A DNA stretch of 64,000 nucleotides, from contig CAIWXX010000003.1 of NCBI GenBank assembly GCA_903916735.1, positions 974 to 64,973 of the forward strand, in the 5' to 3' direction. This stretch comes from an uncultured Acidobacteriota bacterium. GTDB taxonomy: Bacteria > Acidobacteriota > CAIWXX01. Position numbers and translations under genes: made by a program. Each line of letters starts with the position of its first letter. Position 1 is the first letter of the stretch. Under the pieces are notes generated by a model. It was not told where the DNA came from. It searched no databases and saw only the letters and a program-made list of their open reading frames with translations. Positions 30,324-41,223 of this stretch are shown one piece after another.

Positions 30324-32208
30324 ATTTTATATAACAACACCCATTTACTATGTGAACGACAACCCGCACCTCGGCCACGTCTATACGACCGTCGTGGCCG
30401 ATGCGATTGCACGCTTCAAGCGCGCGCAGGGATGCGACGTTTTTTTCCTGACAGGGACGGATGAACACGGACAGAAGGTCGAAAAATCCGCCGGAAAACT
30501 CGGCATCACTCCCAAGGAACTGGCCGATCGCGTTGTCAGCAACTACTTCAAGCTTTGGAAAAAGCTTGAAATTCAGTACAGCCGATTCATCCGAACAACA
30601 GATGATGTTCATGCAAAGGGAGTCCTTCGTCTCTTCGACATCATCCGTAACAAAGGCGATATTTACTCCGGCGAATATGAAGGCTGGTACTGCACATCTT
30701 GCGAAAAATACATCACCGAACGCGAAACCGAAGAACGGCGTTGCCCGGATTGTGGCAAGGAGACGGATCTTCTCAAAGAGCCGTGTTATTTCTTCCGCCT
30801 GTCCAGATACCAGGTGCCTCTGCTCGAATACTATCGCGCTCATCCGGATTTCATCCGGCCCAAGACCCGGTACAATGAAGTCTACTCTTTCGTCGAAGGC
30901 GGGCTCCGGGATCTCTCGATTACACGATCGAGCATTCGGTGGGGGATTCCAGCGCCGGGCGATCCGTCACAGGTCATCTATGTTTGGTTCGATGCATTGA
31001 GCAACTATCTCACGGGCGTCGGATACGGGACGGATGATCAGGAATTTGAAAAGCGCTGGCCGGCGACAATCCACCTGATGGGCAAGGATATCGTCCGTTT
31101 CCATGCTGTTTACTGGCCGGCCTTTTTAATGGCTGCCGATCTTCCGCTCCCGCAAACCATCTTCGCGCACGGCTGGTGGCTGCAGGACGAGCGGAAGATG
31201 TCAAAATCGCTGGGGAATGTCATCGACCCGATGCCTCTGATGGAAACCTACGGCGTTGAACCGGTGCGATATTTCCTGCTCCGCGATGTCACACTGGGAC
31301 TCGACAGCAATTTCTCCGAGGGTGCGGTCCGTAATCGCTACAACTTCGATCTCGCCAACGATCTCGGCAACTTGAACAGTCGCATCCAGAAGTTGTTGTC
31401 GACCGCCGGCATGCCCGAACTGACACGAGCGGTGCCTGTCGGACCTGCCGAAAAAACACTGGAGGCAAATTACTACAAGTGTAGAAAAACATATATTGAT
31501 TCGTTCAACGCGTACTCTCCCAGCCGGGCGCTTGCGGCCGCCTGGGAGTTCATCACGGCCTTGAACGGGTATGTCACGGCCTCCGAGCCGTGGACGCTGC
31601 TGAAGGATGCCGCTCAGAGGCCGCGGCTCGATCGTGTTTTGCTCACCTGCGCCGAAGGTCTGAGAGTGATCGCTCTATTCATTGAGCCGGCGCTTCCCGA
31701 AGCGTCCCGGCGTATCGCCGACACCTTGGGCGCGGATCATGACGATGTGTGGGAGTTCCATCCTGAACGGGCTTTCAAGCTCAACACCTCGATGAAGCCG
31801 CTCTTTCCACGTATTGAAGAAAAGAGAGAAATAAAAATGGAAGAAGTAAAAGAACAACCAAAAGAGACAACGCCGGCATTGGAAAATCTCATTTCGATCG
31901 AGGATTTCCAAAAGCTCGATCTCCGTGTGGCCGAGGTCAAGTCGGCCGAGAGAGTCCCTGGAACGAAGAAGCTGCTCAAGCTCATGGTTGACATTGGAAC
32001 CGAGGTTCGGCAGATCGTGGCTGGAATTGCGGAAGTTTATGAACCGGAGACGCTTGTTGGGAAAAAGATCATCGTAATCGCCAACTTGAAGCCGGCGGTC
32101 CTGCGGGGAGTTGAGAGTCGCGGAATGCTGTTGGCGGCTTCCATCGACGGCCATCCAGTCGTCGCCACCTTCGAGGGGAATCCTTCCGCCGGCACCATCG
32201 TGAAGTAA
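30313..32208 (+). CDS. metG: Methionine--tRNA ligase with C-terminal tRNA-binding domain
   Basis: FYITTPIYYVN, HLGH, GTDEHG, CxxC..CxxC, KMSKS, C-terminal OB domain. Confidence 0.98.
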   Translation: MKDKFYITTPIYYVNDNPHLGHVYTTVVADAIARFKRAQGCDVFFLTGTDEHGQKVEKSAGKLGITPKELADRVVSNYFKLWKKLEIQYSRFIRTTDDVHAKGVLRLFDIIRNKGDIYSGEYEGWYCTSCEKYITERETEERRCPDCGKETDLLKEPCYFFRLSRYQVPLLEYYRAHPDFIRPKTRYNEVYSFVEGGLRDLSITRSSIRWGIPAPGDPSQVIYVWFDALSNYLTGVGYGTDDQEFEKRWPATIHLMGKDIVRFHAVYWPAFLMAADLPLPQTIFAHGWWLQDERKMSKSLGNVIDPMPLMETYGVEPVRYFLLRDVTLGLDSNFSEGAVRNRYNFDLANDLGNLNSRIQKLLSTAGMPELTRAVPVGPAEKTLEANYYKCRKTYIDSFNAYSPSRALAAAWEFITALNGYVTASEPWTLLKDAAQRPRLDRVLLTCAEGLRVIALFIEPALPEASRRIADTLGADHDDVWEFHPERAFKLNTSMKPLFPRIEEKREIKMEEVKEQPKETTPALENLISIEDFQKLDLRVAEVKSAERVPGTKKLLKLMVDIGTEVRQIVAGIAEVYEPETLVGKKIIVIANLKPAVLRGVESRGMLLAASIDGHPVVATFEGNPSAGTIVK

Positions 32209-32229
32209 TCGCTTATCCATCGGCATCCG

Positions 32230-33018
32230 ATGCTTGTTGACTCGCACTGCCATCTCGAAATGCCCGAATTCGATTCCGATCGGGAATCGACAATGGTGCG
32301 TGCGCGCGATGCCGGAGTCGAATTCCTTCTCACGATCGGCGACGGCGGCAATCCAACCGCCTTTGAAACATCGCTGAGATTGGCATCCCAGCCCGGTGTC
32401 GCCACAACGATCGGCTTGCATCCCCATCAGGCCAACCGGTGGAGCGAAGATATTCGCCATTTCCTCATCGATGCGAGTCGTGACGAACGCGTGGTGGCGT
32501 GGGGGGAGATCGGACTCGATTATCACTACGATTTTTCGCCGCGCGACGCGCAGATCACGGCCTTTGAATCACAAGTGCGACTTGGCTTTGAACACGACCT
32601 CCCCCTCATCATCCATTGCCGCAAAGCTGAGGAAGACACCGAGCGTATCCTGGCCGCTTCCAATCGGCCGGGCCGGCTCAACGGAATCATGCATTGCTTC
32701 ACGGGCAATATCGCCTTTGCAAAAAAGATGGCGGCGCTTGGATTCTTGATTTCCTTCTCTGGAATCGTCACATTCCCGCGAGCGGGAGATATCCGGGAGG
32801 CGGCCGCGAAACTGCCTGATGATGTCATTCTCGTTGAAACCGATTCGCCGTACCTGGCGCCTGTTCCTCACCGTGGAAAGCGCAATGAGCCGGCTTTTGT
32901 CATGCACACAGCCACGGCTGTGGCCGGGCTTCGTCACACTGAGCCGGAAGAAGTAACGAAAATGACCTCGATTAATTTCTTCCGGCTCTTTCCATCCTTA
33001 AAAAATAAAAATGCTTAA
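32230..33018 (+). CDS. tatD: TatD-family deoxyribonuclease
   Basis: DSHCH, GLHPH, GEIGLDY, HCR, HCF, ETDSPYL. Confidence 0.95.
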   Translation: MLVDSHCHLEMPEFDSDRESTMVRARDAGVEFLLTIGDGGNPTAFETSLRLASQPGVATTIGLHPHQANRWSEDIRHFLIDASRDERVVAWGEIGLDYHYDFSPRDAQITAFESQVRLGFEHDLPLIIHCRKAEEDTERILAASNRPGRLNGIMHCFTGNIAFAKKMAALGFLISFSGIVTFPRAGDIREAAAKLPDDVILVETDSPYLAPVPHRGKRNEPAFVMHTATAVAGLRHTEPEEVTKMTSINFFRLFPSLKNKNA

Positions 33019-34045
33019 GAGAATCGATTTTTTACCCTTCGTCTCACCGAGTTGCCGGTGGGGGACTGTGCTCGCGGCTGGAATCCTGTTTTTTGTCATT
33101 GGTAATTCGTGTCACAAACAAGTAGCTCCGCAACGGGAAGTTTTTATCTGCGTCCCTTCAACCCCGCTCCTCCTGACGCCTCGCAGCGGATTTCAGCCCA
33201 TTCGCGTCCTGCCGAACCGCGAACACGTGGCTGTCCTGTTTGAACGCGATGATTGGATGAAGGCGAGGACATCCAAAGGCGAAGAGGGTTGGATCCCGCG
33301 TGCCGACACTGCCGAACTGAGCGTCCTGAACCTCGCAAAGAAAATGATCGATGCAGCAAAAACTCAACAGGCACAATTCAAGGCGCGACTTGGAGCTGAT
33401 GCTAATCTCCGAATGGAGCCCCTTAAAAACGCGCCGTTTCCGGGGCGGCTTAACAAGGATTCGGTTGTCGATGTCCTTGGGAAGAGTGAGCGCGGACGCA
33501 GCTCGCCGTTGGCGCTTTTCTATAAAGTGCGTGCCGAGGACGGTGAGACCGGCTGGATCGCCGGATGGCTGATCGAGCCCCTCATGCCAGAGGCATTGCA
33601 GCCTTATCAGGAAGAGCGCAAGTTGGGGGCATGCATCGAAATCAATCGAATGACGGCGTCGGCCGGCGATGTCCCGCAATATGTCCTGGCAGATCTGTCG
33701 CCCGACGCCGGACCTGATATCGACTTTGATCGGATCCGCGTTTTCACATGGAACAAGAAGAAATCATCATATGGAACGGCGTTCGTCGAACGCGGCATGA
33801 AAGGAATCCTCCCCATCACCAAGGAGACCACTGGCGACAACAACCTCCTGATCCGCATTCTGCAAATTTCGCGCTCCGGCGCCGCCGAAGAAACAACCTA
33901 CACATACCAACCGCCTTACTTTCGGAAGGTGGCGGGCGCCGGCATGGTTTCAGAGATCTCGCACTGGCGCCATTCATCGTTGGCAAGAGTGAAGCCTGCT
34001 TCTTCCGGACACCGCTTCATTTTTTTATGCCCACTTCGATCATGA
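33011..34045 (+). CDS. Exported tandem SH3b-domain protein
   Basis: N-terminal hydrophobic anchor; two SH3b-like units (WMKART..GEEGWI; FYKVRA..GETGWI); DFDRIRVFTWN. Confidence 0.75.
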   Translation: MLKRIDFLPFVSPSCRWGTVLAAGILFFVIGNSCHKQVAPQREVFICVPSTPLLLTPRSGFQPIRVLPNREHVAVLFERDDWMKARTSKGEEGWIPRADTAELSVLNLAKKMIDAAKTQQAQFKARLGADANLRMEPLKNAPFPGRLNKDSVVDVLGKSERGRSSPLALFYKVRAEDGETGWIAGWLIEPLMPEALQPYQEERKLGACIEINRMTASAGDVPQYVLADLSPDAGPDIDFDRIRVFTWNKKKSSYGTAFVERGMKGILPITKETTGDNNLLIRILQISRSGAAEETTYTYQPPYFRKVAGAGMVSEISHWRHSSLARVKPASSGHRFIFLCPLRS

Positions 34046-34290
34046 ATGAATCAGCTTGCTTGCAGGCAATGGAGTTTCTCCCGCTGTTGTGGCTTGGAGA
34101 GCAAATCGATTAATGCGAGTGCTCCCGGATTGATCTTGATTGAGCGGGCATGGGGTTGCCGTCAGCCGGAGATGAATATGACCAATGATTTTGCTATCAT
34201 CTTTTCATGCCGCAATCGTGAGGATATTCGGAGGCTGTCAGAGCGACTCGAAATGGCAACCATGATGTCGGCGACCGAAGGGAGTGATTG

Positions 34291-34983
34291 ATGAGTCCAC
34301 AGACATCGCAATTTGATGACATTCGCTACCGCGAGATCAACGAGAAGCGAAAACAGATTCTGGATGATCTTCTGCACAAAGTGCTTCCGACGGTCGGCTT
34401 GCGGACAGCCGTTGACGTCGGGTGCGGCATTGGATTTTTTTCCCATTATCTGTGGACACTAGGGTTGCAGGTGCAGGCTTTTGATGGCCGGCCTGAAAAT
34501 GTCCAGGTGGCCCAGGAGAGATATCCTGCGATTCATTTTGGTCTATGGAATGCTGAAGATCGTGTCACGATGCCCGCCGGCCAATTCGACCTGGTGTTAT
34601 GCTTCGGCCTTCTGAATCATCTGGAGAACCCCTTCCGCGTGATTCGCAACCTCAAAGCCATCACCGAAAAAGTCATGGTGATTGAATCTGTTATCACGGA
34701 GAGCCGGCTTCCAATGGCCACTCTGGTCGATGAAATCGAACACGGCGAAGCGCAGGCGTTGAACTACCTTTCCTTCATTCTCACGGAATCGGCCCTGGCA
34801 AAGATGTTGTACGCGACCGGCTTCAAACACGTCACGAAGATCGTCAATCTGCCGGATCATGAAGAATTTCTGACCGGCCCTTGGCGGCGGATTGTCAGTG
34901 TCGCGAGTGACATGAAGATCGACTCGCCGTTTCTGAATGAAATACCCGAGCCCTTCTACCGCATACCTGACGTGGCTGAGTAA
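34291..34983 (+). CDS. Class I SAM-dependent methyltransferase
   Basis: AVDVGCGIG, FDLVLCFGLLNHLENP. Confidence 0.85.
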   Translation: MSPQTSQFDDIRYREINEKRKQILDDLLHKVLPTVGLRTAVDVGCGIGFFSHYLWTLGLQVQAFDGRPENVQVAQERYPAIHFGLWNAEDRVTMPAGQFDLVLCFGLLNHLENPFRVIRNLKAITEKVMVIESVITESRLPMATLVDEIEHGEAQALNYLSFILTESALAKMLYATGFKHVTKIVNLPDHEEFLTGPWRRIVSVASDMKIDSPFLNEIPEPFYRIPDVAE

Positions 34984-35137
34984 CATGCGTGGGCATTCCA
35001 CTGAGGTATGGATTGTGATCGATGCCGGCGATTGGTTTATGTCATCAAGGCGATAGGGGCTGGGGATCTGAGACGAGAGGCTGAGTGCATCTGGCGAAGC
35101 CGCTGCATGGCAGCGAGCCGGCAACACTCATAAGCGG

Positions 35138-36622
35138 TCATTCCTTTTTTAGTTCGTATTCCAGTTTATCGACAACCGTCTTCAAAACCTTGACGCGCGC
35201 ATGCAGCTTATCGTTCGCTTCCACTATAGTCCATGGGATGAGATGAGTGCTTGTCTTGAGGAGCATGTCTTCGAGGGCACGTTCATAATCCTGCCATTTC
35301 CCTCGGTTGCGCCAGTCCTCATCCGTGAGTTTCCAGGCCTTGTAGTTGAGCTGCTCGCGCTCTTGAAACCGCTTCAGTTGTTCGACCTGGCTGATATGCA
35401 GCCAGAACTTTATGAGGATCGTGCCGAATTGCTCGATCTGCCGTTCGAACTGATTGATCTCGCTATAGGCCCGCTTCCACTCGGATTCCGTGCAAAATCC
35501 TTCAACCCGCTCCACGAGCACGCGACCGTACCATGAGCGATCAAAAATGGCGATTTGCCCGGCCTCCGGCAGCCGCCTCCAGAAGCGGTAGAGGTAATGC
35601 CGGACCTTGTCATCGCCGGACGGTGCTGCAATCGAATGGACAATGTAGCCGCGTGGGTCAAGCTTGGCGGTGAGGCGTTTGATCGCCCCCCCTTTTCCGG
35701 CGGCGTCCCATCCTTCGAAGATCATCGCCACGGGACGTTTCTGCTGATACACCTCGTATCCGAGAATATGCAGCTTGTTCTGCAGGAGATTGATCTGGTT
35801 CTGATACGCTTCGCGCGTGAGACGTTGGTTGAGGTCGTGCTGTCCGAGTACGGGAGACCGGGAGCCTTCACTTGGGAGCGGAACCAGCGCGGTGACACCA
35901 AAGCCGGCGCTGCGCTTGGCCAACCGTGCCTCGAACGCACTGATCAGCGTCTGGAAGACTTTGATGCGAGTGAAATAGCGGTCTGTGGCTTCGATGATTG
36001 TCCATGGTGCATGGGGCATATCGGTCCGAGCCAGCATCTCTTCGACGGCGACAAGGTAATCGTCATAGGCTTTGTGCTGAGCGGCATCTTCGTCCGTGAC
36101 CTGCCAGGATGTCAGCTCTTTCTTCAGCAATTTCTTGAATCTCTGCGCCTGTTCCTTCTTGCTGATATGCATCCAGAACTTGATGATGACGGCTCCGTCG
36201 GCCGCCAGTTGCGATTCAAAATCTTTGATGTCTTCGAAGATGTTCTGAATTTCGCGACGGCGCACTTCCTTCTTGATCCTGTCGATGAGAACGCGCCGGT
36301 ACCATGACGTGTCAAAGATGACCATCTGGCCGTAGGCCGGAATTTTCTGCCAGAAACGCCAGAGCCATGGGTAGTGGGTTTCGGCGGTGCGTGGCGGCGT
36401 GATCGGAACAACGCGAAAACCGCGCGGATCAAGCCGTTCAACGAGCGTTTGAATTGTGCTTCCTTTCCCAGCTGCAGCCCAGCCTTCAAATGCCGCCACA
36501 ACTGGAATGCGCGCTTCAAAAATGTCGTGATGGAGATCGTAGAGTTTTTGTTGCAGTCGAGGAAGAAGGGTTACATATTCGGCCTTATCGAGGGATTGTT
36601 TAAGATCGATCTGCTCAAGCAT
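35138..36622 (-). CDS. pap: Two-domain polyphosphate kinase 2 (polyphosphate:AMP phosphotransferase)
   Basis: Tandem PPK2 domains: FEGWAAAGKG/FDTSWY and FEGWDAAGKGG/FDRSWYGRVL. Confidence 0.93.
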   Translation of the reverse strand: MLEQIDLKQSLDKAEYVTLLPRLQQKLYDLHHDIFEARIPVVAAFEGWAAAGKGSTIQTLVERLDPRGFRVVPITPPRTAETHYPWLWRFWQKIPAYGQMVIFDTSWYRRVLIDRIKKEVRRREIQNIFEDIKDFESQLAADGAVIIKFWMHISKKEQAQRFKKLLKKELTSWQVTDEDAAQHKAYDDYLVAVEEMLARTDMPHAPWTIIEATDRYFTRIKVFQTLISAFEARLAKRSAGFGVTALVPLPSEGSRSPVLGQHDLNQRLTREAYQNQINLLQNKLHILGYEVYQQKRPVAMIFEGWDAAGKGGAIKRLTAKLDPRGYIVHSIAAPSGDDKVRHYLYRFWRRLPEAGQIAIFDRSWYGRVLVERVEGFCTESEWKRAYSEINQFERQIEQFGTILIKFWLHISQVEQLKRFQEREQLNYKAWKLTDEDWRNRGKWQDYERALEDMLLKTSTHLIPWTIVEANDKLHARVKVLKTVVDKLEYELKKE

Positions 36623-36634
36623 GCGGCCCTCCAG

Positions 36635-37627
36635 CTACGCTCCACCGATGATCCGTTCCATCGTTTTCTTCATTATAACCATATTCGCACCCGGATCCAT
36701 AAGCACCAGGAAACCGGAATGCGGCTGGACGGGGATAATAAAGAGAGCCCCTGAATCAGCTTCCATGAGAAGAACCTTGACCCCACCCATGCCGTGCTTT
36801 TGGGAAAGCGTCTGGAGTCTTGTCGACGCTTCAACCCAGAAACGTCGGATGGCTTCGGAATCATACGATGCTTGAATACCGATGCCTGCGTGCATATCGA
36901 CTCGGTCAGGTGCAATCAATGCACTCAGCCGGACCCCCTTGATGGAAACGATTATCTGTGCCGTCCGCTCTTGTGTTGTCGATTCCATGCCGATCAAGCT
37001 ATCGGCAGGAGCGCCCGGCGCCTCCTGTCCACACTGACCGGCGGGGAGCTCGACATGGCAAGAAGATTCCGACAGGACCTCCGGCTCCTCGACACCTGGG
37101 GTGAGCATCGCGCCCGGAAGATCGGGGCCCTCTTGAAAGAGGGTGGTCTCTTCCTGATTGAGTGCCGGTGTGTCGTCCAGGACCGGCTGGGAGTCAGTCT
37201 GGAGGAAGGGTGTTGAGGCGGCATTCACGGGCCACTCCAGAATCTTGTTCTCCGCCGCCGCTGATTCAGAATCGGACGTTTGGGCTGAAATGGCTCGCTG
37301 ATTAGCAGCGATTCTTTCGCGGGCCTTGCTGATCAGCCGTTCTCGGAAAAGATTGGAGAAGACATGAGCGCAGTTGGTCATGATCTCCTGCTTTGTATGA
37401 GGATCGAGAATGTTTTCCAAATTGAAAACGTGGCGGGAGAGAATCTTGCCGGCGAGTGCCGCGACACCGGTGATACGCGGAGGCGGTCCCGGGCTGTATT
37501 CGATCTGTATCTGGATCTGCCGGTTTGCAATCGTGATGCGTCCAAGCAGTCCACTGCCCGAGGGGGCCGGGTCAACTTTCCGGAGAGGCGGATCGCCCGC
37601 TTGACCAGATTCTTCTTTCTCACTCAT
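36635..37627 (-). CDS. Hypothetical protein: unknown N-domain, acidic linker, C-terminal roadblock-like domain
   Basis: C-terminus IIVSIKGVRLSALI...GMGGVKVLLMEADSGALFIIP..LVLMDPGANM parallels the adjacent roadblock protein. Confidence 0.6.
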   Translation of the reverse strand: MSEKEESGQAGDPPLRKVDPAPSGSGLLGRITIANRQIQIQIEYSPGPPPRITGVAALAGKILSRHVFNLENILDPHTKQEIMTNCAHVFSNLFRERLISKARERIAANQRAISAQTSDSESAAAENKILEWPVNAASTPFLQTDSQPVLDDTPALNQEETTLFQEGPDLPGAMLTPGVEEPEVLSESSCHVELPAGQCGQEAPGAPADSLIGMESTTQERTAQIIVSIKGVRLSALIAPDRVDMHAGIGIQASYDSEAIRRFWVEASTRLQTLSQKHGMGGVKVLLMEADSGALFIIPVQPHSGFLVLMDPGANMVIMKKTMERIIGGA

Positions 37628-37694
37628 GCGAACTACCTAGATCCTAAGAACCATCAAACACAATCGGCAGAAAACCGGCAGGCCGGTGCTCGCC

Positions 37695-38048
37695 TTAGAA
37701 ATCCGCTTCCAATTCGCGGATATATTTCCTTGCCTGATAGCGGACGTTTCCGAGGTTTGCATTCGAGCCGGTGACAATAGCCGGAATCGCCTCTTGACCG
37801 ATAACAGCGCTCACGAGCACTCCATGCTCGAATTCCGCCGTCACCTGGCCCATCTTCCCCATTTTGAGCTCATTCCCCATAGTTTCGGATGCGCCGAACC
37901 CGGTTGAAATGACCGCCCCGATGGCCTCAACGTCCATGCCGACGCTGCTGGCGGAGTCAATGACAAAGCCGTCACGACTGACAACGACCGTGCCATTGAT
38001 TCCTTCAATTTTTAGCAGGCTATTTAAAATATCATTTGTCTTTTGCAT
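37695..38048 (-). CDS. Roadblock/LC7 (MglB-like) protein
   Basis: LLKIEGINGTVVVSRDGFVI, ELKMG...EFEHG, ANLGNVRY; AGGAG RBS. Confidence 0.9.
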   Translation of the reverse strand: MQKTNDILNSLLKIEGINGTVVVSRDGFVIDSASSVGMDVEAIGAVISTGFGASETMGNELKMGKMGQVTAEFEHGVLVSAVIGQEAIPAIVTGSNANLGNVRYQARKYIRELEADF

Positions 38049-38444
38049 TAATGTCTCCTTTCAGACATTGAGGAGGCGCCTTCGAGGTCTATGACATTAA
38101 TTTGATAGATGCAGGCAGCGAGCAAGAGCCAAGAAGCGTGTGCCCATTTTAGAAGTGCCCTGAGCCGGGCCTCTTAGCGTGCTCGTCAACATTTCATCTG
38201 ATCTCATCGTTGTTCAGTGCCTTCGCGATAAGCAACGTGGTCATTTAAACATTGACCGACAAGCATGGCGTTGCAACCAATTTGTCCCATTTTTCAGGGA
38301 TTATCGAGTTTTTCACACTGAAACCGTTGTTGCCTTGATCCTCATAAACCCGTCTCTGGCTGTCAGCGTTCTCAGAGTGTACTTTCCATTTGAGAGACAC
38401 CTGCCAACACTGTCGATTGCTTCGGCATGTATCGCCATCATTCG

Positions 38445-38700
38445 AGCCCGTCTCCAAACATCAGCCAAATCCGGACCAGACGGTGCTCAGAACATCGAAA
38501 GAGCTTTCGCGCTTGAATTGAACCATGGTTGGCAGAATGCCGAGCAGACTCAGATTCTGATTTTCCTTGTCTTGGACACCCTCAATAACCCGAAGTATCT
38601 GCTGGATGGATCGAAGCCCGAGAGTTTCGGCCTGGAGCGGGATGATCGCAAAATCCGCCGCGATCAGCGCACCTCTTGGAACCATGTCGACGCCGGATGC
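38445..38700 (-). pseudogene. ParA/Soj-family ATPase, C-terminal fragment
   Basis: ALIAADFAIIPLQAETLGLRSIQQIL..I..V...NQNLSLLGILPTMV, then an in-frame TGA before LET; Walker A region absent. Confidence 0.75.
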
Positions 38701-38803
38701 TTGTTTGAAGATCCCCGGGGACATGGCCGCCGCAGGATTTCAATCCGTCCGGTGAGAGATGAGATCGCCCTGAGCGGGGTGAAGGATCCCACAGGACCAC
38801 CGC

Positions 38804-38832
38804 TTGTCTTTATTTTATGCGTGTTGTACTAT
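38804..38832 (+). promoter_or_regulatory. sigma70-like promoter of pdxR-pdxS-pdxT
   Basis: TTGTCT-17-TACTAT, 27 nt before the ATG at 38860. Confidence 0.55.
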
Positions 38833-38859
38833 TCTTTTGTGCGAAAATTGGATCGCAAT

Positions 38860-40329
38860 ATGGCCATTTCATCCGTACAAGTCGGACAAGATTGTCCTGC
38901 CTATCTTGGTATCAGCGAGCATTTCGCACGACTGATCCGAAGCGGGACGCTTCGCGCCGGTGATCGTCTCCCGACGGTGCGCGAGCTGGCTCGGACTACC
39001 GGCTTCAACAAGGCCACGATCAGCAAAGGATTTGCGGACTTGCAGCGACGCGAGCTCGTGACGAGTCGCCCGGGGCGTGGGACGATTGTGACAGCCGATC
39101 AAGCGTCTCCGATTTCCATGCCTGTCGCAGAGAGAATCGACTCTCTCTATCGCAGCCTTCCCCCGGATATCGGAGGAGGCGATGGGCAGCCGCAATACGA
39201 TTTTTCGGCATTCTGGCCGGAGCCCGGTCTTTTCCCCTTGGATGCGCTCAGGCGTATTTTCGAAAAGCTTTTGCATGGCCGTCCCGAGCTTCTCCAGTAC
39301 GGGTCGGCTCAGGGCTATCCGCCGCTGCGGGAGTATCTCGGGGAACGGGCCGCCCGAGTCGGCGTCGATGAGGGCGAAGTCGTCATCGTGCAGGGATCAC
39401 AGCAGGGGCTCGATCTGGTTTTCCGAGCCTTTCTGAATCCGGGAGATGCTGTGGCCGTGGAATCTCCGACCTACTCGAGTGTTCTGCCACACCTCGCTTT
39501 TCATCAGGTTCGAGTCGTGTCGATACCTATTGAATCGGATGGTCTCGACCTCGCGGCACTCGATTCGGCCATCCGGCACGAGCGTGTGAAACTGCTTTAT
39601 TTCATGCCTAATTTCCAGAACCCGACCGGAATCACGATGACGGATCGCAAGCGCGACGAACTGGCTCGCCTCGCAGCATCGACCGGGCTTCTCGTTGTGG
39701 AGGATGATTTTGAACACGACCTGCGATTTTCAGGGTGCGATCTGCGAGCCGTCGCCGGGCGACGATCATCTGCCAACATCGTCTATCTATCATCCTTTTC
39801 GAAATCTCTTCTGCCGGGGCTGAGGATGGGCTGGATGGTCGCTCCGGCGCCACTCGCCAAGCCCATCATTCTTGCGAAAAAATATACGGACATTTACACA
39901 TCGGTTCTCATTCAGGCAGCGTTACTCGAATTCTGCAAAAGCGGCCAGTATGATCGCCACCTCCGCCGGCTGCGGCGAGTGTGCCGTGAAAAAGTGAGCG
40001 CGGCGCGTTGCGCCATCATGGCCGCATTGCCACGCGGAACCGTGTGTGCCATGCCTGAAGGCGGTTTCTTGTTATGGATCACACTGCCAGACGGATATTC
40101 CGCTGACTCACTCGCCTCAGAAGCCGCTAGACATCGCATACAGATCACACCAGGGTCGGTGTTTTCACCCGGCGGCCGCGCCGATAACAGCTTCCGTCTT
40201 TCACTCTCGCTCGCCGCTCTGGATCAGATCGAACCGGGAATAAAGATCCTCGGGAAGCTCTTGCAGAAGCGACCTAAGATACGGCGTGGCAGCCCGAGTG
40301 ATGAACTGCGCAACACAGCTTATCTTTGA
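38860..40329 (+). CDS. pdxR: MocR/GabR-family regulator (GntR HTH plus aminotransferase-like domain), probable PdxR
   Basis: GDRLPTVRELA..GRGT; GSQQGL, PNFQNPTG, SFSKSLLPGLRMGW; directly upstream of pdxST. Confidence 0.85.
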   Translation: MAISSVQVGQDCPAYLGISEHFARLIRSGTLRAGDRLPTVRELARTTGFNKATISKGFADLQRRELVTSRPGRGTIVTADQASPISMPVAERIDSLYRSLPPDIGGGDGQPQYDFSAFWPEPGLFPLDALRRIFEKLLHGRPELLQYGSAQGYPPLREYLGERAARVGVDEGEVVIVQGSQQGLDLVFRAFLNPGDAVAVESPTYSSVLPHLAFHQVRVVSIPIESDGLDLAALDSAIRHERVKLLYFMPNFQNPTGITMTDRKRDELARLAASTGLLVVEDDFEHDLRFSGCDLRAVAGRRSSANIVYLSSFSKSLLPGLRMGWMVAPAPLAKPIILAKKYTDIYTSVLIQAALLEFCKSGQYDRHLRRLRRVCREKVSAARCAIMAALPRGTVCAMPEGGFLLWITLPDGYSADSLASEAARHRIQITPGSVFSPGGRADNSFRLSLSLAALDQIEPGIKILGKLLQKRPKIRRGSPSDELRNTAYL

Positions 40330-40341
40330 TAGGAGGTTTCC

Positions 40342-41223
40342 ATGGAACAGACTGGGCTGGTTTTAAAGACAGGCCTCGCCGAAATGTTAAGGGGTGGGGT
40401 CATCATGGACGTGACGAATGCAACGCAGGCCAAAATCGCCGAGGATGCCGGGGCCGTTTCGGTGATGGCGCTTGAACGTGTGCCCGCTGACATACGTGCG
40501 GAAGGCGGCATCGCTCGCATGGCGTCCCCTCGCAAGATTCGGGAAATCATGAATGCCGTGTCGATTCCGGTGATGGCCAAGGTGCGGATCGGGCACTTTG
40601 TCGAGGCACAGGTGCTTGAGGCTCTCGGAGTCGACTACATCGACGAAAGCGAAGTGCTGACTCCGGCCGACGAGGAGCATCATATCGACAAATTAAGATT
40701 CAAGGTTCCTTTTGTCTGCGGGTGCCGGGATCTGGGCGAGGCTCTAAGGCGTATCGCTGAAGGCGCTGCATTGATTCGGACCAAAGGCGAAGCCGGCAGC
40801 GGCAACATCGTCGAGGCTGTCCGCCATCTGCGTTGCGTCATCAGAGATATGAAGATCCTGCATTCGCTCCCTGAAGAGGAACTCGTCCACAAGTCCAAAG
40901 AAATGGGCGCTCCGTATGAGCTCGTGAAGATGGTCGCTCGCGATGCAAAACTCCCCGTGCCGAATTTCGCCGCTGGAGGTATTGCAACACCGGCTGACGC
41001 CGCTCTCTGCATGCAACTCGGCGCGGAAACCTGTTTCGTTGGATCGGGAATTTTCAAGTCAGGAGATCCAGAGAAGCGCGCCAAGGCCATTGTGAAAGCC
41101 GTGACTCATTTCCGTGATCCTGAGATCCTGCTGCAGGTGAGCGAGGATCTGGGCGAGCCGATGAAAGGGATCGACATTTCCAAGCTCGACGAGAAGGACC
41201 TCTTGCAGACGCGAGGATGGTGA
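40342..41223 (+). CDS. pdxS: Pyridoxal 5'-phosphate synthase lyase subunit
   Basis: [41 protein letters not shown] end. Confidence 0.98.
   Translation: MEQTGLVLKTGLAEMLRGGVIMDVTNATQAKIAEDAGAVSVMALERVPADIRAEGGIARMASPRKIREIMNAVSIPVMAKVRIGHFVEAQVLEALGVDYIDESEVLTPADEEHHIDKLRFKVPFVCGCRDLGEALRRIAEGAALIRTKGEAGSGNIVEAVRHLRCVIRDMKILHSLPEEELVHKSKEMGAPYELVKMVARDAKLPVPNFAAGGIATPADAALCMQLGAETCFVGSGIFKSGDPEKRAKAIVKAVTHFRDPEILLQVSEDLGEPMKGIDISKLDEKDLLQTRGW

Noticed and set aside
34046..34291. 81-aa ORF between the SH3 gene and the methyltransferase
   Set aside because: No RBS or recognisable motif; probably non-coding or degraded DNA.
38179..38859. 227-aa N-terminal extension of the MocR regulator (ORF 38179..40329)
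   Set aside because: It is largely the antisense of the ParA relic. A good promoter lies inside it at 38804-38832, and GntR homology begins only after ATG 38860.
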